Shown piece by piece: positions 40,901 through 54,846 of a stretch of 64,000 nucleotides of DNA. The position numbers were made by a program, and so were the translations under genes. Origin of the DNA: Trichoplax adhaerens (taxonomy: Eukaryota > Animalia > Placozoa); the NCBI RefSeq assembly GCF_000150275.1, contig NW_002060949.1:2043836-2107835 (forward strand), in the 5' to 3' direction. The stretch's first letter is position 1. Each line of letters starts with the position of its first letter. A model generated the notes under the pieces. It searched no databases. It was given only the letters and a program-made list of their open reading frames with translations, and was not told the DNA's origin.

Positions 40901-43900
40901 TGCCTTGGTCAAGAAACCCATGTTTTGAAGATAAGTAAATCCACTCTCAATTGAACAAAACCTTTAACAAATAAAATTAACCAGCTTTCTTAAAACCAAA
41001 TTTAATTATAAAGCGTTAGATAAGCTATTCCGTTTACCTTAGCATTAGGCAATAACCACTATGTCCTAAACATAATAATGCTGGTTGTAGTTTTACGATA
41101 GATTCCAAGCAAGTCTATAATTGAATGAAATATCGACATTATTAACAACAAATTTTTTGTAAATACTGACCTGCATGTAAACCAACCCGTGCAATTACAG
41201 AATTCAACTATCGATGATACTATTACTAAAGCTGGCATCGATTTATAACCAGTCTGCTTACCTTATCTTCACAAGCTTCCGTTGTAATTTCTAAAGCGCA
41301 AGCAGCAATCTCTTCGTTTGTGTCATATAGCTATCGGAAAATATATCGGATAACTTTATGATGAAAATACAGTACTACTACAGCTGTATTTAATCATAAA
41401 ATACCTAACAGTTCGATAATATTATACCAACCTGAGTAACTAATAACTCTAATCCCCATTTGCTAAAATTAGAAACGCCAGCTCTAAGTAATGCTCTTAG
41501 GTACTTTGTGCCATACATTCGGATGTGCTATTATGATAATAGAATATAACTTAATTTGTCTTATATTCTCATACTTTGATTCCTAACTAGTACAATTATG
41601 ACGCATGCTTTTAAAAATCTTACGACAATGCGATCATAACATCAAATGTGTAGCAGCTACAAGTGACTACAACAAATTAATCACTTCTAAATTTGAATAC
41701 ATGATGTTAACTACCTCATCGTTAGCTGTAAGCGCTTTAGACAGCACCACTCGTGAAGGACCAGGGATATTATAATCTAAACCGGATAATAGTAGTTTGA
41801 CATGTTCTGGATGACTTTTACTTGAACATAGGCTGATAAAACTAGAAATTGCAATTATACAAATCAACATGTTGCGTAGACGCACATTCCCATCCAATTG
41901 CAGTTCAATCAAGATCTACTGTGTCTTACCTGTCAAACGCTCCAGTCTTTTCTAAAATTTGAATCCCGGTAGCAGAACTAGAAACCTCACCAATAAGTAA
42001 GAAATAATACTGACTCAGAGTTTCTGTAAGTCGTTCTGATAAGAATGTATTGTATGTTCCTTGACCAGCGGGGGATATTACCTAAACAATTATAGAAATA
42101 TAGGATTAAGAAGAGAAGAACTATAAAATTTTTGATGCAATTATTTATATGAACGTTGCAATAGTGTTGCTCATTCCTTACACTTACTTCATTGAGAGCA
42201 TTAACTATTTCTTGAATTAACTCTTGCAATAACTTTAATGCGTCGGCCTAAGTTAAAAAAAGAGTTAATTCTTACTCATAATTATTATAAATTTTTCTAA
42301 ATCGCTGTTATCACGATTTTATCATACACGAAGAAAGAAGTAGCGTCAGATAATGTTACCTCATTGGAACTAAGTAAGAACTTTACTAAAAGGCATCCGA
42401 CTTGCGTATAGAGCTGGGCCTGTTCAGAAGTTAAACCAATTTCAGCAAACTGCTGCTTACTCGGAAGATAAAACGACATCAAACGACGAAGGAATCTAAG
42501 GAAAAAAATGTAAACTTGTAAGTTCTATCGCATACAGTACATGACATAATTGAAAGTTGTAGCATTACAAATTATTTGATTGCGCTTAGCACGTAGTAAT
42601 CTTTATGTACATAAATAAGGAAGATGCATCATGATGTACAGAATTTGAACTTACTTAGTATTGGAAGTATCTTCCAAATTCTTGTAGGACACTTTCGTTG
42701 ACTAGTGAATGAATATGGTAGTAGTTAAAAAGAAGTAAATACAAAATCTATATACAAGTACTTTCCAAATATAGTAATTCTAGGTACTGTAGCATTGACA
42801 ATACCTGTAGTAGTCCTCTAATAGTCTCCCAATCCCATAGTGTAATAATTTTCGAACTAAGTATCTAAATTAAGTTGATGAAAACATTGCAGCATTGAAA
42901 GCTATCGCTGTAAAATGTAAAATTATCTATTGCTTTATTGTAATCAAAATAACACTAAATAATAACCTTTGAATCTTTAACAACTTGATTGATAGCATCG
43001 TCAATATCCTGTAGATATCAAATACAGTATTACGAAGAGACAACTATATCCGTTAATTTTTAACGGATAATAGTGATACCAATGTTATCGTACCTTACTA
43101 TTCGAGCTAATACCAATGGCATCTTTCCCTAGAGTATACTGTTGCTGGTAGTGTTCATAGTTACACTATATAAATATGCATACAAACAAAATGTATAACA
43201 ATTCACCTTATTACAAAGTTGTTATAAGGTTTTATTTGATAAAATAGATTAATTTAATTAATGAATCGGTGTTTACAGGAACAGATCAATTACCTGTCGA
43301 AGTAAAAGAGCCAAATATTCGTTAAAACAAGTAACTTTCCTTTTTTTCAATTGATGTAAAGTATCGAGGCATCGGATAGCAGCATATGCACGGCTGTAGA
43401 TATGGTAGCGTAAGCGTACATTACAGTTATCGTATCAATTCTTAATTACGTATCTATCAATTATCAATCAATGTCTTTCGTAACACCAATTACCTTCGTT
43501 GACTTGGCGATGAGTCCAGAGATGTGGTAAGCGCAATAAGTTGTGGAAGAGAATGAGAATTACTTCCGCACGCAACAGGTATAATTGTATTAGCCTACAG
43601 TAATTAATTACACACATATTGACAAATAAATATGATATAGTGATATTAAATATAGCTATATCCATTGCGTAATTGATAACCTATAAGATATTAATTTCAG
43701 CTATAGTATTTACATCCTTACCATATGCAAAAGTTCACCCAAAAGAATAGTGGCTCGTACAGCTATGAATTCATCCTCCGATGTAACGACATCAACTAAG
43801 CTCTACAAAATGGTTACAAGCAGTAATTAATTAACGTAATTCCCATTACATAATATTCCAAAAGCAGTTACCTCAAATAATCCGGACATTGAAAAAGCTG

Positions 43901-46900
43901 ATAATACAACAGCTAAGTAGTTATCAACTAAATTCATCCTTAAAAATTTATTTGAATGGGTAAAATGTTAATAATATTACAATATACAGAAATTCAAAGA
44001 GATAGATATGTTACTTATGACAGAACTAACCTGGTAGTCTTAGGGGGTAGCAACTGAAGAGCTTCCTCAGCAACCCAGCCTTCACTTAATTTCCAACCAT
44101 CTTGGATATATGTGCAAGCTTTTAACAGCAAAAGATTTGGCGATTAGGTTTAAAGTACAAAGACTAATTTCAAGTTGTATAATGCTTACTTGCATTACGT
44201 AAGGCATCAGAAAAATTATTTGTCCATTCAGGTACTCTAAGTCGAAAGACATCGTATAAAATATCCATCGTAGCTTTCTGTATACGGTTAGGTAAGAAAA
44301 TAGAATAATTTTAATAAATTCGGTGCAAATTATTATACTAAATTAACAACCAGCAAAGCCTTTGTTTTAATACACAATGTTTTACCCTAATTTCACTATT
44401 TGGCAGGCAAAAGGCTCCTAAAAGTGATCTAAATCCACTCCCATCGGCCTTGCACATGCAAATAATGCCTAAAACATACATTATCTCATGAATAAATAAA
44501 CACGAGGGATAATTCTGTTATTTAAGAGATCTCACCTTCCCACGTTTTAAATATCGTGGTTATTGCTAATTTACTAGTTGTCAATCTAAATTGATGATCA
44601 TCTCTATAAAGGAAATTATAAATTTATTCGTTTCATAACATAAATATCGCTTTATGATAGAACGTATATCTGAAAATCTACTTACTTTAGCTCAAAATCA
44701 GGGATATCTGCACTATATCGATATTGCAAATCAGTAAAAGGAGCAACAATAGCCTAAAGATAGCAATAAAATAAAATATTCACAATACCATAGTTAATAA
44801 TTATAACTGTAGATGGGAATAAATCCGCCGCATTCAATTCCGCGACAATACGCGTACTACTTCTTTTTTAATTCACCTCTAAGTCTAATTGCGGCCGCAT
44901 GTACTTTCGAGTCATGGGATGATCGAATAAGTAAAGAATGGTCATCATCATTGCTTCATTAATACGATGCATCTATTAATCGTAAGTTACAAAATCTTTA
45001 ATACCTGATAAACTTAAAATTGAAATAAATAAATGATAAATGTGTATACTTGACAATCTAAAATGTTTCTAATTATTGTATTGATTCCACCAACTAGTGC
45101 AACAATTTCAGCGTTAGATACAGCTAGAAAATATATTGGAATAACAAAGAAAAAGTTACCACATTTTTTATTTTATCGAGTACGAGAATCTCAAATCACA
45201 GTGTTGGTATTTGTACCTAGTTCACATAAAGTAGCTAAACACGCATACGAAAATCGATCACGGGTTTGGCTATATTCATCGTCACCAATGGCAACTAGAC
45301 ACGATACTAATGATCTTGGAAATAAATCAGGACATATTCGAATAATCTAAACGCACAATTTAAAATGTAAGCCGAAAAGTGAGATAGAGTATACAGAACA
45401 ATTTACAAAATTAAATTTAAATAAAATTATCTTGTGCATCACTAGTCAAATATAATTAATAGGAGCAATAAGTCCTCATAAATTAGTTACTTGATATCAA
45501 CCTAAAATATACTCTGTTGTTTTCAAGTATAATTATTTTTACTGTAAGGTTAGTAATTGGTTGATGAAGGTCAATATTTTTTCAGCATACTAAAAAGATC
45601 TTCCACAATCAATATTCTTTAAATAACAATAGTAAACGGTTGGAAAAGAAAGGACGACTTGATATTGTCATCATCAATTTTTATTTCAACATTTCAGAAG
45701 CGTTGGCAAAAATACCTTTCTTAAAAATCGCAGAACTTGAACGCGTTCTATTTCGTTGGGATAAGGGGAATCTAAAGCTCTAGATTCATCAAATACAATA
45801 GTTAAAGACATTGCACTTATTGAAACGAAAAACTTACAGTAATTATCTTATTACTTTATGTATTTAGGATAAAATACTTATTGCTAACATACCTAATCAA
45901 AAATAGATCGATATGTAGCTTATAAAAGACGATAAATGCATCGCGATCTTTAAAAAGGTAGCGTAGAGCGCGAATAGTTGCAGCACGGACTTCTTTAACG
46001 GAACTAAGTAGGGCTTTCCTACCACTAAAAAATATATTACAGTTTATTTTGTCCATTATCTCATTACCTATACACTCATAGCAATAAAATCAGATAATTT
46101 TAACTAGTTAATTCGCTATCAACTCTTTTAATTTATTCAACCGCATATTATTACAACGCACAGAAACATACAAATTTAATATTTAATGGAAATTGTGCAA
46201 CATTGCGAAGCATCAACATTATTACTACGATTATTACTAGCATCTTTTTTACTTATTTAGAAGGTACATAACACTATACTGTGTATTACGATCATAACGC
46301 ACGACACTTACCATCGAACAATTTCTTCAAGTGAAAATCCTAAGAATACGTCATCATCGTTGGATCGAATTAGCTAGTGTAAGAAATTATACAAGTTATC
46401 ATTCACGCATGGCTTCGATTAACAATTATAGTTTATACGGCACAAGCTTTAACTTAAACAGAATTGCTGGCAATATTTTTTAAGCACTGCATAATATGCT
46501 ATATACAGTATGAAAAATATCGAACTCGATGAACATCAATAACGTTATGATTCATCATAGCATGTATTTCGAAAAGTAAAGCATAAAATCTTCGTCTGGT
46601 ATTTACAAAAAGCAACAGCTGTACCGTTGCATTCTTTACTCCACTAAGCGAATTTGTTAAATCTTTGCATATGATATTACGCCAAATACTGGATAATATC
46701 AGGAAATGAATGTTAGAATTATCAATTACGGCAAGTTAGCTAACAGATATTGTATCTTATTACAGATCCATTTGTATTTATTCTTACATTAACATACCTT
46801 GACAAGATTATTTAAATTAAGGACTTGCTTTCTAGCGGCATTTTTATCCAGCGAATTAAGAATACTGTACAGGATATCATAAACGATGTCGGGTGCACCT

Positions 46901-49900
46901 TTCAGTAAAAAATTGCAAATTACATTTAGCTAGAATCAACTACCTGTAACTTTAACTTTAATGACCCTAAGATAAAATTTCAATAGCAGCTATATCGAAT
47001 ATACCCTTCAGCAATCAGTAATTATCACTTTAATTTGCATTGTGACCCTTCTAACGTGTAATTTTAATCGTGCTTGACATAATAATTACTCAAAAGCTAT
47101 TTAAGCCGAAACGAAACTTCCGCAATTCAATCTTGGGAATCAAAAATGGATGAAATCCTTTTGTTGGCCTTATCCCCCCCCCCCTCACTTAAAAAAATCT
47201 ATTGGACGTGCAACAAACGTGTGTTTACAATGTATGCGATAAGCAATGTACTAGTGTTAATTTTCAAAGTTTGATAAGGCACAGCATGCGAGTGGAAGAA
47301 TTTACTGCATTGAAAATAGTAGTATAAATTGTCTTTTTCCTTGTAATGTCAAATTCATGGAAATTCGCTCTTACTGATAAAGTTGATAAAACTATTTACT
47401 CAATAACCGATTGATAACAGCAATAACGGACACGATGTAATAATTTCTATCCGACGATAGAAGCCGTGGAAATTTTCAGTATTCTATTTTAATTTATGCA
47501 TGTCAACACCAAGGACTTCTAACAGAATTTTCCGTAGAAGTTCCAGATTAATAATAATAATCAATACGCTTCTAGCACGCTTTCGTAAAAACGAGTCATA
47601 ATCTATTCCGACACATATCAAGATTGATTAAAATTAGCAATTGTGTCCATAAATAATTTATATACCCTCTAAGGTTATGGGAAAGTAGTTATTGAGTAAG
47701 TACGTATGCGTTATACTAAAGCATTTCGCATTTTTATCATCATTATGTTTTACGAGTATATCGATGTAGTGCTCCATTCAATCTATCATCGATAGTAATT
47801 ACAGAATAAGAAAATCGAAAGAAAGATAACCATTAAGCCGGCTTGACTACATTGGTGATAGCTATTTATTGAAATAGTACTATGCAACCTATTTTTCTTA
47901 CGCTATAGTGTCCACCGTATAAACTTAAAAATATAAAGATGAAAAAATGAAAGCTGTCAATGACGCTAATAGAGGAATCAGATAATTAATTAAAAGTAAA
48001 AGAAAGATACATGATCAATTATGGACACAGTATCGATTTGATTCATACGTAAATTATGCGATTACAATAACAGGAGAGATGGAAACGAAAGTAAACGAAA
48101 TTCGATAACAGAGAAATAGATTATCAAGCAATGTGTTTAGTCACCGAGACATTGTCACAATGCCTAGCAATATCTTTGATTGTAGAGTATCCTAGCAACT
48201 TTTAAAGCAGGACAAGATTTGAATTTAACATCTACTAGAAGTAAACTCAAGACAATCTAAATGTTTGTACTGTAAGTGTTTACAGGAAAGTAATGCAATC
48301 TTTAGCGTGGTACAGTACATTGTAATTGAGCAGTAATAATATCCAACCTATCATGTTATTAATTTCTAATCATTTACATTGCATCTGTATTGATGTCCAA
48401 TAGAGAAATTTATCACCTAGCCATAACACAGGAATGAAATGGATGTTCGACTATTTTGGGACAGATATACGTAGATAGTATAAAACAAATTTATAGCTGC
48501 AGTTACATACTAGAAATGAACAAATACATAAGATTGGATATGGTAAGACGGAAGACACAGCATAGGCGGTAATTTGTCTAAACTACTTTATAACCACTTT
48601 ATAATCTTCTTAAATCGTGTAAAGTATACAATAATTTTAAACAACAGTAGGTGATGAAAATGGATATGATTGGTCATGTTAATAAGCATGTTCTGTTGGT
48701 CTAGCAGTAGTGTTTTAACTTTAGTCACCAAACTACTGTAATATAGCAGAGTAAGCACACTAATGGGAGCATAATGTTGTTTTTTTTCTTAAGAACTATG
48801 CGGATATTTACTGTGCGCGTTAGGTCGTACACTCTATTACATCAATTTTGTAGTTAGCCGTTAATTTTTTTAAGCTGGGCTATCCTTCAAATTTGTTACG
48901 TGATTAAACTAATTAATACTTTGTATAATAATATTATTGTTGTTATTTTAATGTTATGACTCACGAGCCGTCGACACTTATCCAGAATGGAAGCCGTGAA
49001 TATCATTTCCGGACCAGTCTTATAGACTGCGTACTGCCTTAACTGTTTTTAGTTGACAAATCTCTAATAAATAAATAAATTAATTCAACTAATTTGTAAT
49101 TATACTGCTACTATATCAGATCATATCATGCAGTCAGATTCACCCTAAGTCAGATATGAGCAGTCTTGAATCTAATACTGTAAATTAAAATCAATAGGGA
49201 TCAATCAAAACGATAAATAAAAAAAAATTAGAGGGACAGTAATATATGCGTAAGGATGCATGTTATTAAACTACCTAGGCCAGATGATTTTATGTAGTCC
49301 ATAAAATATTGTGCTAATAAATCCAATTGCAAATAATATGTATACAAAATATAAGCTTGACTAAAGTTGAATCGGGGAGGAGAAAATGGAATAAACCAAC
49401 ATAAACATATGATGACTTGCACTTTATATTACATTACTTTACTGTGGACTACTATTAAAATCCTCCAGTATTTGGCAGTCCAAGCTTTGCCATATTGATT
49501 AGGTACCGTTGCAGCCTACTACTATTGGAGGTGTCAATCGCTAAATGTCAGAATTTAAAGAGGAGGGCAAAGGTAATATCGAGAAAAATTTTCCCCCCAA
49601 AATCATGATAATTATTATTATTAAAATAATAAGAGTAAGAATTTATGAATACTGAAATTCTTTACGCATCAATCTATCCATCGATAGTATCATGAGAATA
49701 CTGTAGCGACTACTGTGCACTATGAATATAATTTAAGATAATTATCAGAAAAAGTACGAATGCCAGCACCAGTTCAATCGTTTCCTATGATTAACTATCG
49801 TTGACATCAAAAAGAGAAAGCAAAAGAATTACAGTAATATGGATTGAAAATATTAATTAATCAACTTTCTCTGAGCCACAGATGTAAGTGCAGTATATTA

Positions 49901-52431
49901 TAAGCGTATTTAGATAGGGAAATTGTGAATATTTAACCTTAATTAGTAAATCGATCAGTCAGTCTACCGCATCATAGTATTTTGAAGCAACACATGGACA
50001 CCGTTATTACCCATATACTCGTACGTATGATTTGTGTATTATATATAAACTAAACTAAATTGATAGGCTACTACAAGCAAGCTAAAGTTAAAAATATGGC
50101 TTTTCCTAATAACATAATTAAAGATTAGATAAAAAGCGGCATTGTTATCAAAGAGAATTAGGCAGCTTGCTGACTGATTGCCTACCATTCGATAGCATGT
50201 TGCACAGTATATTTTGATGATGTAAAAAAAAAAACAATATTAGTGGGTTACAACAAGGAAAAGACCAGAAACTACAGTAGTTAATAAAACCCATTAATCA
50301 ACATGAGTGAAATTGATAGTCCTAAATCCTAATTAGAACTAGTGCATTGGCAAAGGAAAATTGGTGAATGATCACGTTCAAGTAGTTAGTGAGCGAGATA
50401 GGAATTTCATGAGTGATAAGTTCAACGTGACTGATTATGTAGAGTAATAATTATATAAACAGCGTTTGCAAAAAGGATGAACGCTAGTGGAATGAGTGAG
50501 AGAGAAAATCAATTCCACTACAACATTGATCTTATTAACAGAAAATTTCAACAACCAATTTGATCATTGTACTGTAGAGGAAAGATAACATCATTATTTC
50601 GATAAGAGTCGGGTCCATCTTGAAATGATAGAATTAACTTTGGCATAGCTAGACTATTTTTGTCAAACAATATATCTCTAATGCTATATCATGTACTTGT
50701 GTCGTTTAGCGTTGTTTTTGAATAGCCTTGGTATTGGATCAAAGTCAAAAGGAATGAAGAAACCAATTCTGGTCAAGGTCAATATCGTGTTCGAATAGTA
50801 TAAGGTGACGAAGTGAAGACTAGGACTACGAGAATTCTCGCATACCCGTATACTGTACAAATGAGCATTGAAAAGAAATTTTTCTACTGTAGTTCTATTT
50901 CAATGCGCTAAATGACATTAAGATGCATTTTAAACTTGTGTAACAATATCAAAGCGTGAAAGCGTTTCGAGAGAATTTTTAGCTGTATCTAAATATAATC
51001 AAGGTACATAATATTGTCATGTCCTTATCAAGATGAATTTTACACCCATTATTTTCGTATTCGATGACAGTGTGATAAGGGAATCTAAAGTTTGGAAAAG
51101 AATTTCTAACTTCGATCCCATTATAATAAATGAAATTAGCTCATTTTTTAAAATGGGTTTGGAGACTACTTATTTGATTCAAGGATGAACGATAGGAAAA
51201 AGGAATCAAAGTAGCAGCTGAACAACTATGCTATCATGATGGCTATGCAGTAGACATTATAATTATTAATATATACTGTCCGACGAAGGTAATGACTCGA
51301 TACTGTATTGTGTTACGATCAGCAAAAGAAGTTGGGTCATGATGGTCTTTAGTCGTATAAAAATAATGTTGAGCACTGTTATAACATCATCGATTATCGC
51401 GATTTATTAGAATTGTAAAGTAGTTGTCAATTTATTGCAAAACCAAAAAGAAAAAAAAGACATGAATGCAACTGCGTCTACAGCATGTAAGATTGATCGA
51501 GTCCCATCATTTCCATGAGATGAAGAAAGGACGAATTTCAGTATTTGTTTAATCAACCCGGACAAGCTATACTCCGTTTTTCATATAAGCAAAGAGAATT
51601 ATTGTATCTAAATACGTATTCAGTCTATCCCCTATCACTTAGGATAACGGATAGTCGTTGAGTAGAAGTATGTGTGGCCTTTATTAAGACTAACTGGCTT
51701 GGATGACGTTGAAGCATGAAAATATCCAATTCTTCAAACATTATACATGCTTGTACAAATACAAGCACACATTGTACAGTCGTCTAGCAATGTTGTCCAA
51801 ACTGGCTGCAATGTTCTTTTCACAACAGTCATTAGGAAGCATCAACATCTCCCTTCTAGGGTCTTATTTTCTTCACTGACAATCATCAAGAAATGTATTT
51901 ATTTCTTCATTCCTACTGGATGCACACTATCATCACTATCGGCATAGAATATAGTCCAATTGATTTCACTGACAGTAGATACTGTGTTGTATTAAGGACG
52001 TTTTTCTCTCATGACTTAGCTTACCTCGATCCCAATCGAATTCTTCGTCAATTGCATCGTCGTCATCTATGAATTCAAGATGATAATTAATTCCATTAAC
52101 GCTTTATTACTTCAATGACTTGAAATAGAAGTGAAATGAAACATTTTTAAAGCATTTTGAGTCCAAAAATTGTATAATAGTTAGCAATGAAATAGGGTAG
52201 CCATCCAGTGGATGATGTCTAACATGACTGAAAGTAATTTTCGCTCTCGTCAATCTCCATGTATGAATTGACGGTAGAGGACAGGGACGTTGATTACCGG
52301 TAGAAAGGACAATCTAAAAAGGTCCCATGAATACTTTGTCAACAGAATTATTACTTACCAAATTCGGTTCGACTATAAGCTCGGTAAGAATTGCGATGTA
52401 ATAAAGAAGAACGATTACGATGCGACGCCAT
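37965..52431 (-). CDS. RICTOR: RICTOR (TORC2 subunit), about 38 exons
   Basis: Exon 1 52359-52431, exon 2 52025-52066 (DDDAIDEEFDWDR), exon 3 from 46898 (LNLNNLVK), KEVRAATIRALRY, RATILLGELLH, KAALWALGHIGSS, FSIRGTSFYVLGLIAKT, LGWESVRH, HDPNVCFGC, YRLSTRKFIQGLF; phases consistent. Confidence 0.95.
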
Positions 52432-53257
52432 GTTGGAGTGGAAAAATTGAGCTTAGAAATGGATTGCGCTTGTCGTTGTCACCTCAATGTGGTTGACAGA
52501 GCGTGTGACGTAGCTTGTAGGCTGACATGCCCCTCTTTGGTTGACGCCGGTAGGTTATTGTCCAAAGTTGGACATGATGACAAGCTGATACGACATCACT
52601 TTATTCTTCCGTTGATAATGATTATCTATGGTTGATGGGCTAATGACCAGAGCACTCGATAGACATTGTCACTGTCCTGCGTCCGGACTTCTGACTCCTG
52701 ACTACAGACTGGCCGCAGTGGCAGTGCGCAGGTGTACCTTGTCTAGTAGTCCATACTACACTAGCCAACACTACTGCACACCCATCCAAGGCTTGCTTTA
52801 ACCGCTACTTTGATTAGTAATAGTATACAACATATTCCACAGTCAATAGAAGAAAATACAGCAGCTTACATGAGCCATGGACTTGTAGAAATAGATACAG
52901 TACTCATCTATTTGGAAAATTCTATGATTACTGTACAGTACTGTCAGCAACTACTAAAAAAGAAACAAACAAGACTGCCAACGGTTGTTGACTGTACTAA
53001 TAGTGTGTAGGCTGATTATTTTAATGCCCGTTTCAAGTGAATCGTATGTATGTTACGGCACACTATACTTTGCGCGATGGCTATCCAACCCCACCCAATT
53101 CCCAGCTAGGTTGGTTTTGTGCAGTATGGTGTACGGTTTCATTCATACCGTATACTAAAATGACTGGAAAAATGATCAGCCTCCGCATTATTTTTGCACT
53201 GACGGCTGTTGGTAGTCCGTCCCTTTCCTTTCTTATTGACAGTAGGAGTCTTACTGT

Positions 53258-53301
53258 ACCGCACCGAACCGAACCGCACCGGACCGAATCGAACCGTACC
53301 G
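53258..53301. repeat. (ACCGN)n pentamer microsatellite
   Basis: accgcaccgaaccgaaccgcaccggaccgaatcgaaccgtaccg; reverse complement resembles 121-160. Confidence 0.85.
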
Positions 53302-53455
53302 CTTCCTATCGCTGTCCTGTTACAACTTGGATTGATTTGTGGTAAAGGGAAAATCTAGTAGGGCGCTCGGAAGGGAAAAAATGGTGAAAATAAAAAGAAA
53401 TACCTAGCTAGACTCTTCTATATTGTATAGTACTTATACACTACGTATAGCTAGT

Positions 53456-54275
53456 ATAATAAATCATCATCAAATCATCTTTGAAAGTACAAAATGGACA
53501 TGGGCTGAAAGATGCCTTGATAATAATAAATAATCATAGTATGTATAATGTACAATTGAGAATATTATTACATTATTCACAGTTAGTATAACCAACGACC
53601 ACTAGAAATCCATGGTATTTCTAGTAGCCCTTGGTATAATCATCAAGGTATCTTTAAAAGGACAAAATGGACATAAATTAAAAGATGCCTTGATAATCAA
53701 AAATCATGGTATAATGGACAATTTAGAATACCATTACATTACTTACAGTTCGTATAGTCATTAAAACATCTTTGAAAGGACAGAATGGATATAAATTGAA
53801 AGATACCTTGATAATTAAAAATCATAGTATAATGTACAATTTAGAATACCATTACATTACTTCCAGTTCGTATAATCATCAAAACATCTTTAAAAGGACA
53901 AAATGGATATAAATTGAAAGATACCTTGATATTTAATAATCATAGTATGATGTACAATTTAGAATACCTTTACATTGCCTCCAGTTCGTATAATCATCAA
54001 AACATCTTTGAAAGGACGAAACGGATGTAAATTGAAAGATGCCTTGATATTTATAAATCATAGTATAATGTACAATTTAGAATACTATTATATTACTTAC
54101 AGTTAGTATAAACATAGTGTAATGTACAATTTAGAATACTGCTATATCACTTACAATTAGTATAATTATAATCATCAAAGTATCTTTGAAATGACGAAAT
54201 GGACACGGGCTGAAAGATACCTCGATAATCGATTAATCATAATCATGGTATAATGTACAGTATGGACAATTTAGA
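53456..54275. repeat. Tandem repeat with a 118-bp unit, about 6 copies plus a partial internal duplication
   Basis: ATCTTTRAAAGGAC recurs at 53650, 53768, 53886, 54004 (period 118), with more diverged copies at ~53478 and 54182. Confidence 0.95.
53592..53634. mobile_element. 43-bp palindromic MITE-like insertion with a 5-bp target-site duplication (TATAA)
   Basis: CCAACGACCACTAGAAAT-CCATGGT-ATTTCTAGTAGCCCTTGG is an imperfect inverted repeat flanked by TATAA at 53587-53591 and 53635-53639; sister repeat units have one TATAA-type site and no insert. Confidence 0.75.
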
Positions 54276-54846
54276 CTACTACTACTACTGGGTTTATATT
54301 CCCGAGTACTATACTTTGACGACTAATCCAAGACATTAATCTCCTTTGATCTATCGTGCAACAAGAGATTATCCCAATATAGCGATCACTTTCAATAACA
54401 AGTCTGCAAGCAATTTGATTTCCAATTAATTGGCACCCGTAAACACTAAACTGAAATAAATCCTTTACTGCGAAAATATCGCTATCTTCATGCAAGGTTT
54501 TGCGAATAAAAGCGAATCTTGTGTAGGAATTTCTCAAAAATAATTTTCCAAAAATTGAGAAAGAAAACACCGACAACAACGATCTTGTGAAAGGAAGAAG
54601 AAAATAAGTTCGATACTGTACTGTAGTAGTAACATGATATAGGCCTCTCTTCTTCGACAAATTTGCTATAAGGACGAAAAAGGATCTGCGACTGTATATA
54701 TCAGATTTACCTTGTGCAACAAGTATATTCTCTCGTAACACGATACAGCTTTCTCTTCTACGACCCATTTGCGCTCGGAACGTTAGACTTTTCTTGCGCG
54801 ATCTGAATTCTGTAAAAACATAATACAACTTTCTTTTCTGCGACAC
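54271..54846 (-). CDS. Hypothetical protein (191-codon open frame; possibly PH-like; true exon structure uncertain)
   Basis: Long open frame for this base composition; internal acceptor (TTTTACAG at ~54810) and donor (CAAG/GTAAAT at ~54710); C-terminal beta-rich segment ending in a ...RLMSWISR helix. Confidence 0.35.
   Translation of the reverse strand: MSQKRKLYYVFTEFRSRKKSLTFRAQMGRRRESCIVLRENILVAQGKSDIYSRRSFFVLIANLSKKRGLYHVTTTVQYRTYFLLPFTRSLLSVFSFSIFGKLFLRNSYTRFAFIRKTLHEDSDIFAVKDLFQFSVYGCQLIGNQIACRLVIESDRYIGIISCCTIDQRRLMSWISRQSIVLGNINPVVVVV

Noticed and set aside
53456-54275. CRISPR-like array
   Set aside because: Units repeat along their full 118 bp with no unique spacers, there are no cas genes, and the context is eukaryotic.
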